Assembly (NCBI RefSeq): GCF_006345805.1
Contig: NW_021828537.1
Span: 1-7,931, forward strand
Direction: 5' to 3'
DNA from: Octopus sinensis
Taxonomy: Eukaryota
Length of the DNA: 7,931 nt
Shown here: positions 1 to 7,931 of the stretch, one piece after another
Position numbering within the stretch: position 1 is the stretch's first letter
How the letters are laid out: every line of letters starts with the position of its first letter
Position numbers and translations under genes: made by a program
The notes under the pieces: generated by a model
The model's database searches: none
Seen by the model: only the letters and a program-made list of their open reading frames with translations
What the model was told of the DNA's origin: nothing

Positions 1-110
1 TGTGCGTTCGTGACTATTGTTTAAATCAATAATAATAAAATTGATACTATCAAAATTAATTCGATTTAAAATTCATTCAATTTTAAAATGTAGCCACTCT
101 TCAGGTCTAC
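1..110 (-). ncRNA. Partial type I hammerhead-like motif with about 74-nt loop II insertion, cut by the window edge
   Basis: Minus strand: CUGAAGA core (104-98). Stem II is GUGGCUA (97-91) / UAGUCAC (16-10), 7 bp with one G-U, followed directly by GAAC-GCACA (9-1), which is GAAC rather than GAAA. The cleavage triplet and 3' arm of stem I lie outside the window. Confidence 0.5.
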
Positions 111-264
111 AATAATAAAATAAATGTATGTATCTTAACATATAATAATTAACAAATAGATATAGAAATATACGCATCATAACAATAAATAATCGAATAA
201 AATATAACAATATCAATGAAAAATAAAATCATATCTGGTATTCTTCAAAAAGGTAAAATAAGTA

Positions 265-422
265 TCAACCCTAGGACTTATTCTTTGTATGCCTAGTACT
301 TATTCTATCGGTCTCTTTTACTGAACCACTAAGTTACAGGGGCGTAAACACACCAGCATCGGTTGTCAAGCGTTGTTGGGGGGGGGGACAAACACAGATA
401 CACAAAAATACATACATACATG

Positions 423-455
<33 letters not shown>

Positions 456-596
456 CGACAGGCTTCTTTCAGTTTCCATCTACCAAATCCACTGACAGCC
501 CTAGGCTATAGTAGAAGACACTTGCCCAAGGTGCCACATCGTAGGACTGAATTGGGAATCATGTGGCTGGTAAGTAGGCTACTTACCACACACCCA
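265..596 (-). mobile_element. tRNA-derived SINE with CORE-like motif and internal (TA)n, octopus SINE-like
   Basis: Minus strand starts with A-box-like TGGGTGTGTGG (596-586) and a decayed B-box AATTCAGTCCT (553-543). Then GGCACCTTGGGCAAGTGTCTT (535-515), which resembles the CORE-SINE motif GTGACCTTGGGCAAGTCACTT. Internal microsatellite at about 400-455; tail ends ...AGAATAAGTCCTAGGGTTGA. Family recognised from memory; boundaries approximate. Confidence 0.85.
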
Positions 597-627
597 TATA
601 TATATCTATATGTATGTATGTATGTAT

Positions 628-720
<93 letters not shown>
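597..720. repeat. (TA)n/(TATG)n microsatellite
   Basis: Directly visible; pure (TA)n from about 632 to 713. Confidence 0.97.
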
Positions 721-1011
721 AATATGTATTGCAGTGTAATATTATAATAGGTCTTAATTTCTATGCATTAATTTATACTTTCTTCATTAACGTCAATATG
801 TATTTTATTAATGTTAAGGTTTTTTTTCCTCGAATTTTATAATTTTTATAATTTTTTATATATTATAACATATATTTTGAGCTTTTTTTGTTATTTATCG
901 CTCGAATATTGACCGTTTTTCTAAAGGGCCAATCAAACAAGTCCTTTTTTTTTTTTTTAAAGGTGTAGCGGTTGTAAGAGTCTAGATTGAATTGATATAT
1001 CGGTTCCATTC

Positions 1012-1066
1012 TAGCAAAAACTGTCTGATGACGGCAACGAGAAACTCAGAGTAACAGATTTTGTTG
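1012..1066 (+). ncRNA. Minimal type I hammerhead-like motif with degenerate stem II
   Basis: Stem I is CUGU (1021-1024) / ACAG (1054-1057), extended past an A-A mismatch by UAGCAAAA/UUUUGUUG. Core CUGAUGA 1025-1031; stem II region CG-GCAA-CG-A; GAAA 1041-1044; near-palindromic stem III ACUC-A-GAGU (1044-1052); triplet GUA 1051-1053. Confidence 0.6.
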
Positions 1067-1209
1067 AATTTTCTGCTGCTTAAAATAAAGTATATATATA
1101 TATATATATCTATATATATAATTATTAATAAGGGTGAGAGAATTAGATACTAATTTAATAGTATATCTATTCAACACCAGTGAGCCATATAGTGACCACT
1201 CTCTTATAT

Positions 1210-1214
<5 letters not shown>

Positions 1215-1260
<46 letters not shown>

Positions 1261-1305
1261 ATATATATGTGGTGTGTGGTGTGTGTTTTTGTGTGTTGTG
1301 TGTAC
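1215..1305. repeat. (TA)n followed by degenerate (TG)n
   Basis: Directly visible. Confidence 0.93.
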
Positions 1306-1691
1306 ACATATATGGTCTTAAAATTGGTTATTATGATACATCCTCTCGAAGCAGAAGCAGAGGTAATTTTATAAATCACAAAGATTTATTTTGTATGGTA
1401 TTTGCAAATATGGGCCAATTTTCACTCAGAGTTATTTACGTGTGTATGTGTAGTTTGTGCGCGCGTGTGTTCGTGTGTGTGTGTGTGTGTCTATGTGCGT
1501 GCGTACATGAATACACATGTACACACATGAGTCAGAAACATCGTTAAAAAGGAAAGAGGTAGAATTCCCTTTGTACATATCTCCGTGTACTGCTATTTTA
1601 CTTTATTAAACTGTTGATATTTATGTCTTCTACGTTTCCTTCGATTACATCATTCAGAAACGTTTTCCTTATCATAGCGACATGAACATAC

Positions 1692-1772
1692 CCATCGCCA
1701 AGCTCACTTTCACCACCTTTTGCCGTCTTCATTACAGTTCCTGCCTCACCAAGGTCAACGGAAGGAAAAGGC
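1692..1772 (-). CDS. Candidate 81-nt internal coding exon (phase 2/2) of an unidentified host gene: xPFPSVDLGEAGTVMKTAKGGESELGD(G)
   Basis: Complex, GC-richer island between microsatellites. Minus-strand acceptor ...ctacattgcAG at 1774-1773 and donor GG|GTATGT at 1691-1686. Length is divisible by 3 and only one frame is open. The same frame stays open to TAA at 1600-1598, so a longer terminal exon is an alternative. No protein family recognised. Confidence 0.45.
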
Positions 1773-1889
1773 CTGCAATGTAGATTACGCGTATACATTC
1801 TGTATGTATGCGCACGCATATACATACATGTACAGTAGAAACAAACACATTTGTAGATGGTTTTCAAGGTTGTTTGTACGTTCACGCAA

Positions 1890-1963
1890 TGAATGTGTGT
1901 GCATGAATGTACAAGTGTGTGTGAGACTGTGTATTTGTGTGTGTGTGTATGTGTGGTGGGGCG

Positions 1964-1997
<34 letters not shown>

Positions 1998-2071
1998 ATA
2001 TACAGTTAATATAAAACATATATCAGATAGATAGGTAGATAGACAGATACACGCATACACACATACATAGT

Positions 2072-2107
<36 letters not shown>

Positions 2108-2199
2108 ATATATATATATATATAGATATATATATATCTATATATAGATATATATATATATATATATTATATGATATATATATATATATATACATACAT
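1890..2199. repeat. Compound microsatellite (TG)n, (ATCT)n, (GATA)n, (CA)n, (TA)n
   Basis: Directly visible. Confidence 0.93.
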
Positions 2200-2311
2200 A
2201 GAACTTATATTGCCCTTGTTTATAAGTTTTTATGAATTTAACCTTTAAAGGTATTTTTTAATATGCTGGTCATTGATAGAATTTTTTTCGAAAAATTTTA
2301 TCCTATATTAG

Positions 2312-2347
2312 ATATATATATAGATATACATACATTATATAATATAT

Positions 2348-2421
<74 letters not shown>
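2312..2421. repeat. (TA)n microsatellite
   Basis: Directly visible. Confidence 0.95.
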
Positions 2422-2431
<10 letters not shown>

Positions 2432-2745
2432 TATGTAACGATAAAGTTTATATTAGAGTAATTGTAACGGTTAAAAGTTTTTAATTTTCTGTGGTTACCA
2501 ATTGTAACGGGTAAGATTGATTTGTGAACTATTATTATGAAATGTGCAGGCAGTGGTAACGATAATAATTTGTGGTTATAATTGTTGTTTACTGTAGGAT
2601 GTGAAAGATAGACAATGCATGAAGTTTTAAGGAAATATTTATTTACCGTTTCTTTACAATACCTTGCCTCGACGGGCAAGTTATGATACATGCAAAAGCA
2701 TGCGAAGTAAAGTTTGTGTTTGTGTCCTCTTCATTGTTTAGTAGT

Positions 2746-2749
<4 letters not shown>

Positions 2750-2806
<57 letters not shown>
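2750..2806. repeat. Perfect (GA)n microsatellite
   Basis: Directly visible uninterrupted AG repeat. Confidence 0.98.
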
Positions 2807-2809
<3 letters not shown>

Positions 2810-3234
2810 AATGATGTTGTAAGAGAACAGAATTAGAGTTTGAGAGAATTGTAGGGTGTTGTCTGACAATTGATGGCAGTAAACTTCATTTCTCCCTCTG
2901 ACCAATGTTGGTCAGCCAGACCACGTTGAGTCGTCACCGACTGTGACTAACTCCGTAAGTCGTCACGACTGTGACCAGAAGGATAGATATATTATTGAGA
3001 ACAATAGATTTATTGGTGGTCTTGTTATCTTATTCTAGCTTTTGGTGAAGTAGAAGAGGTTAGAAAGGATCAGTGGTGGAGACATTATTTCGGCCCTAGC
3101 TAAAGGCACCTGGAATGTAAAAAACTGCTGTCAGAGAAAAACCATTGTCCACCATCGTGGGAAAAAGTTCTGTTGCACTGTTAATTTAAATTGGCTGTGG
3201 TGGATCGATTCCACTTCATGCATGCAAGATCACT

Positions 3235-3257
3235 ACACACACCACACCACACACACA

Positions 3258-3311
<54 letters not shown>

Positions 3312-3376
3312 ATACACACACACACACACGCACACAAACACCACACCACACATATATATGTGTGTATATTAATATT

Positions 3377-3443
<67 letters not shown>

Positions 3444-3450
3444 TATATAT
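3235..3450. repeat. (CA)n followed by (TA)n microsatellite
   Basis: Directly visible. Confidence 0.96.
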
Positions 3451-3905
3451 TATTAAACTCTTTAATGTGCATAAAACGGAAGCATAAACATTGTGGGTTA
3501 AATTCAGCTTTGACATAAATATGGAATTACTCTTTTGGGTTTTAAAATTGATTTATTCGCTTACGTGGATGTATAGTATAACTGTATTATAATTGTCTAA
3601 TTTATATACTCATACGCATATAATTTTGTAAGCGCTTGTATATATATGTATATGTATGAATATATATATATTGAACCTTGTATCGTGAATTTTTGATATG
3701 TTAGTAGACATTATTATAATATGTATGTTCTGTTGAAAATTATCGTTAATGCAATAACATTTTTGTTACTGATAAACATAGTAGTGTATATACGTTCTAA
3801 TATATTTACATAAGTATACGACGCATGGTATATCCAATGTAATATATTGTTCAATGGTGTTCATTAATGTATTTTGCGCATGTGAATAGTATGTACACTT
3901 TGCTT

Positions 3906-4087
<182 letters not shown>

Positions 4088-4191
4088 GTGTTATTTTGGA
4101 TATTTGTTTATTATTTATTTGTATATATTAAGTAATACGTGTGCGGCACGTTTAGTATATTAATATTATTATTATATTTTTAAAGTTAATT

Positions 4192-4335
4192 ATAACCTCT
4201 GACGAAGCCTATGGTTCTTTTAACATATAAGTATTATTTTTTTTTAATGCCTACGACCCTAGTATGTTGACATCTATAGGCAATGAAAATTAGATTCACT
4301 TTTGACCATAGGCTGAAACAGCTGTAAGAAGTCAT
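4192..4335 (+). ncRNA. Type I hammerhead-like motif with 10-bp stem II enclosing an about 89-nt insertion
   Basis: Core CUGACGA 4199-4205. Perfect stem II AGCCUAUGGU (4206-4215) / ACCAUAGGCU (4305-4314) abuts both core halves. GAAA 4315-4318; palindromic stem III ACAGCUGU 4318-4325; triplet GUA 4324-4326. Stem I is weak (AUAACCU / AG[AA]GUCAU). Confidence 0.7.
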
Positions 4336-4414
4336 TTCTGGATTTCAATAATTTATAATATGACTTTTAAAAACTGTATTTGTATTATTATCTTATCTAT
4401 TGATTTATATAATA

Positions 4415-4812
4415 CTAGCACTATCGCCGGCGTTGCTCGGGTTTGTAAGGGAAATAACTATATAATCATTTTTAGAGATGTAAAGTATAATAGCCATCTC
4501 AATATGGCTAACCACAAAAAGGAGGGGGGGTGTTACTGTAGCTTTTTACGTTGAGATTTATAATAAATTTTTAGAGAGTTACTCTTCCCTTATTTATGCC
4601 AAAAATGCATTAAAAATGGGAAAAATTGATGGTAATTTTTTTTTTAAATCGTAGACTCATCGTAGACGCGCGCTAATACCCAGAAGGGCTCGATATGTAT
4701 CACGACTATAAGATACCCGGTTTTGGTTAAACTGCACCGCAAAATGTGGGGAGTATTAGGAATCTAAATCGTAGGAGACAGACAGCACACAACCTCACTT
4801 TTATATAAAAGA
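4415..4812 (-). mobile_element. Non-autonomous Helitron, 398 bp, both termini present
   Basis: Minus strand begins A|TCTTTTATATAAAA (TC at 4812-4811) and ends with the GC-rich hairpin CCG(A)GC-AAC-GCCGG (4440-4427), then 8 nt, then CTAG|T (4418-4415). Inserted between A and T without a target duplication, which are the canonical Helitron hallmarks. No RepHel coding sequence. Confidence 0.8.
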
Positions 4813-5159
4813 TTTGTATGCTTTTGATGTTCACATTTGTAAAATGAATAAATAATCTAACATTATAATATCCGTAAGTTGATGAACAAACTAAATTTGT
4901 TTCTCCATTTTCTTATTTGTATTATAAATTTACGGTAAAAATATTTCTTTACCTTCACCCGTTTAATACAATAAATGAATTAATTGCATTGCAATTAATG
5001 TATTAAGAATTTGGGTACTTTACCAACAGTATATTGGATAAATGATATCCCATAGTGGGTTACACCCATAACCCCTATCTTACTTTGTACTTTATATATA
5101 TATATATATATGCATATACACACATACATAGTCATATATATATGTATATGTATATGTAA

Positions 5160-5420
5160 AAAAATACAAACTGGGACAAGAACGCAAAACATTTAGAAGA
5201 CGATACAAAAACACGATACAAAAACACTTCAATCTTCAGTCAAGAACCGGATCACCCTCGCAATTTCGGTTGATTAATCTTGAGATTGCTCCAACCTGGC
5301 CAGCCCCAAAGGAAAATCTAAGCCAAGCGCATTAGATTCCTTGGAAGAAAGCCTCGAATGTATACAAAACAAGGACGGGAAAACGGACGATGTTACACGA
5401 CTAAGAATACGAAAATACGT
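5160..5420. repeat. Probable fragment of an unclassified interspersed repeat, with a 13-bp tandem duplication
   Basis: Complex sequence starting abruptly after a (TA)/(TATG) tract. ACGATACAAAAAC is duplicated at 5200-5212 and 5213-5225. It resembles a high-copy octopus repeat from memory only. Confidence 0.4.
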
Positions 5421-5554
5421 AAAAACAATAATGATAATAATAATGGTAACAGAAAAGAAGAATTTCGATTATCTCCACATGGTGAGTTGTAATGTATATA
5501 AAAAAAAAAAAAGGAAAATACGCACACTTACATAGTTTTAATATATTTTTTAAT

Positions 5555-5589
5555 ATATCGACCGGTTTCGCTATCGCTATTCATGATAT
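5555..5589 (-). ncRNA. 35-nt minimal type I hammerhead-like motif with A3-U8 core variant
   Basis: Minus strand reads AUAUC-AUGAAUA-GC-GAUA-GC-GAAA-CCGGUC-GAUAU. It has a 5-bp stem I, a 2-bp stem II closed by G10.1-C11.1, a palindromic ACCGGU stem III and a GUC triplet. The core differs from CUGANGA only at positions 3 and 8. Confidence 0.65.
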
Positions 5590-5808
5590 TATGTTTTACT
5601 TATTTGAATATATATTTTTTTTTAAGAAGAAATTCTGTCCATGTTGTGTGTGATGAAATTCACGAGTGAATGACTTCACAAGTAGATAAATAAAGGGAGG
5701 TAATTGGTTGTCGTTACTATTGTTATTGTTGTGGGTAAGGGAGATAAGTGTTCAGCTTTCGGTAATGGGAGGGGAATATATATGTGTACAGGCAGAGAAA
5801 AGTTTGAG

Positions 5809-5903
5809 ACATACATACATACATACATACATACATACTACATACATACATACATACATACATACATACATGCATGCATACACACACACACATGCACGCA
5901 CGC
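5809..5903. repeat. (ATAC)n then (CA)n microsatellite
   Basis: Directly visible. Confidence 0.96.
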
Positions 5904-5922
5904 AGTTAAGTATATGACCTGT

Positions 5923-5991
5923 CATTGAGTGACTAATGGTTTCGCATCCATAAAGTGCTTAGCTTTATAGACAACTCATCAGACTCTAATA
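5923..5991 (-). ncRNA. Type I hammerhead ribozyme motif with intact catalytic core
   Basis: Minus strand: stem I UAUU[A]GAGU (5991-5983) / ACUCAAUG (5930-5923); core CUGAUGA 5982-5976. Stem II GUUGUCUAUAAAG / CUUUAUGGAUGC has 12 bp including G-U pairs, one bulge, a 7-nt loop and G10.1-C11.1 closure. GAAA 5943-5940; minimal stem III AC-CAUUA-GU; triplet GUC 5933-5931. Confidence 0.8.
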
Positions 5992-5992
5992 G

Positions 5993-7698
5993 CGGAGGGT
6001 ATGACCAGAGCCATTAATGGCTCGCCTACTGGAAAAACTCCAGGTTTCGATGGCACCCCACCAGAGATCATCAGATGTGCAAGGATAGTTCTATTTAGCC
6101 ACTTGCTGAAGCTACTGTGTCAGTGCTGGGAGGAGGGGTCAGTGCCACAAGACATGAGAGACTGCAACATTGTTACTCTGTATAAGAACAAAGGAGACAA
6201 AGGCAACTGCAATAACTACCGTGGCATCTCGTTGTTAAGCATCGCTGGGAAGGATTTTGACCGCGTGTCCCTAAACAGGCTACAGAAAATCGCTGAGAGG
6301 TATACCCCGAATCTCAGTGCGGTTTCCGATCAAAACCCACCACCATCGACTTGATCTTCTCTCGCCAACAGCTACAGGAGAAGTGCCGAGAGCAAAAAGG
6401 CAACCATTCTTTCATCACTTCATCGATCTCATAAAGGTTTTTGGCATAGTCATCAAAGATGGCCTGTTCAAAATCCTTTTCAAGATGGGCTGCTGCATGG
6501 CACCCCAAGACTCCTTAGGATGTCCATCATTCATTTCACGCGGACATGAAAGGCGTCGTTCAATTTGATGGTTCTTTTCGGAGGCTTTCAACATACGTAG
6601 CGATGTGAAGCAAGGCCATGTGCTTGCCTTGACCATGTTTGGCATCTTCTTTGCAGTCAAGCTAAAACATGTATTTGGAACATCAACTGATGGTGTTCAC
6701 CTCCACACCAGATCAAGAGGCAAAATGTTTAGTCTGTCGAAGCTGAAAACAAAATCCAGGGTTCGCCAGGTAGTCATCAGAGAAACGCTGTTCGCGAACG
6801 ATGCAACACTGACAGCGCACCCTGACGAGCAAATGCAGCTTCCCGTGGAGTAATGGGTCTAAGTGCCAACCCCACTATCACCATCATTATCTATAGGCCG
6901 GAGGTAGTCCATCAATTCACCTATCTCGGTTCTATCATCGCTGATTACCTCTCTCTGGACCCTGAGATCAACAGGCGAATCGGACAAGCATCCTCCACAT
7001 TTGCCAGGCTCACAAAGAGAGTCTGAAAAAACAAAAATCTGGCTGCAAACACCAATATTGATGTATATAGGGCGTGCGTCCTTGTTACGCTACTTTATGG
7101 TAGTGAGACGTGGAGTCTCTACTCCAGACAGGAACGGCGTCTCAACGTCTTTCACTTCGTTAATTTGAGACGCATCTTGGATATCAAGTGGGCTGACCAC
7201 ATTACCGAAGTCCTCAACTGAGCCAAGATACCCAGCATACTCACCCGCTCCCAGCAGCGTCGTTTGCGTTTGGCTTGGTCATGTACGTCTCATGCCAGAC
7301 AGAAGGATCTCAAAAACTCCCGTATGGGGAATTGGCCACCGGACGCCTGAGCAGGAGAACGATCTCATCTTCGTTTCAAGACGTCTGTTAAAGGGATATA
7401 AAATCGCTTGATCTGGTCGTCCCTGAGATGGGTTAAGGTTGCAAATGATTGCCCACACTGAAGACAAATACTGCAAAAGGGGATGAAGAAAGCGGAAGGA
7501 ACTCGCCACCAAAGAAAAACGCACTCGACGGAAGGAAAATTCAGGAGCGCCGGCAGAGAGCTCCTTCAAATGCAACCGGTGTATAAGTCACTGCCACTCC
7601 TGCGTGAGCCTATAACAGATGCTGCACCACCATCAGCAGCTGACACGATTTCTTCGGGCGCAGATCCATGGCCTCTCGAGAACGACTGATGCCTGCCT
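5993..7698 (+). mobile_element. 5'-truncated, decayed RTE-clade LINE (reverse transcriptase pseudogene)
   Basis: RTE-type motifs appear in order across frames: GKTPGFDG, VPQDMRDCNIVTLYKNKGD, NNYRGISLLSIAGK, QCGFR, FIDLIKVF, VKQGHVLA, LFAND (YADD-box), FTYLGS, LLYGSETW, WLGHV and a C-terminal CxxC. There are many frameshifts and stops, an apparent deletion near 6840-6850, and no APE endonuclease. The 3' end runs into (TA)n. The 5' boundary is uncertain by about 25 bp. Confidence 0.95.
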
Positions 7699-7739
7699 AT
7701 ATATATATCTATATATATATAATAGAAATATTAAAATTA

Positions 7740-7931
7740 CTAAGTCTCTCTAAAAGAGAACAACGGCAGCGTTCCCGGAAAAATAATAGTTATCGCCATA
7801 CTAATATGGCATCTTATAAAAATAAGAAAAAGTGACCGCTTATTAGCTCCATGAGGCCATCGCCCCAAGTTAGCTATTTGATACACAAACTGTATCCATA
7901 TAACCTTTGAACAAGGGAGGTCAGTCGCTCC
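7740..7931. repeat. Probable fragment of another interspersed repeat, hairpin-rich, running off the window
   Basis: Short inverted repeats GCCATA-ctaa-TATGGC and GATAC-acaaact-GTATC; no convincing ORF. Repeat status is inferred. Confidence 0.3.

Noticed and set aside
520-596. tRNA gene
   Set aside because: No cloverleaf and a decayed B-box; it is the head of the SINE.
1625-1662. Minus-strand CUGAAUGA...GAAACGUA hammerhead-like words
   Set aside because: There is an extra base in the core, no stem II pairing and only a 3-bp weak stem I; likely chance.
2275-2302. 12-bp AT-rich hairpin with TTCG loop
   Set aside because: Mostly T/A runs and lacks the C-G closing pair of a stable UUCG tetraloop; expected by chance in AT-rich DNA.
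3035-3125. Minus-strand acceptor-like ttacattccAG followed by VPLARAEIMSPPLILSNLFYFTKS-stop
   Set aside because: Short, no donor before the stop and no recognisable homology; insufficient support for an exon.
5228-5290. Minus-strand GAAA...CUGAAGA, a possible type II hammerhead
   Set aside because: Stem II would be out of register, and no consistent stem I or III with an NUH triplet could be built.
6314-7575. Minus-strand ORFs 6314-6508, 6415-6660 and 7279-7575
   Set aside because: Antisense shadows of the decayed RTE reverse transcriptase.

Overview
AT-rich, microsatellite-laden eukaryotic DNA, almost entirely non-coding. Its repeat content resembles Octopus or other cephalopod DNA; this is inference from recognition, not a database result. 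It contains a tRNA-derived CORE-like SINE (about 265-596, minus), a complete-ended non-autonomous Helitron (4415-4812, minus), a dead 5'-truncated RTE-clade LINE (about 5993-7698, plus), a candidate 81-nt internal exon of a host gene (1692-1772, minus) and many simple repeats. Most listed ORFs are microsatellite artefacts. The main hidden signal is five different type I hammerhead ribozyme (HHR)-like motifs within about 6 kb on both strands, of the minimal-stem-III kind known from Penelope-like elements and retrozymes. One has an intact core next to the LINE junction, two have long structured insertions in loop II, and one has a compensatory A3-U8 swap of the core C3-G8 pair. All folds were derived by eye; no activity is demonstrated.
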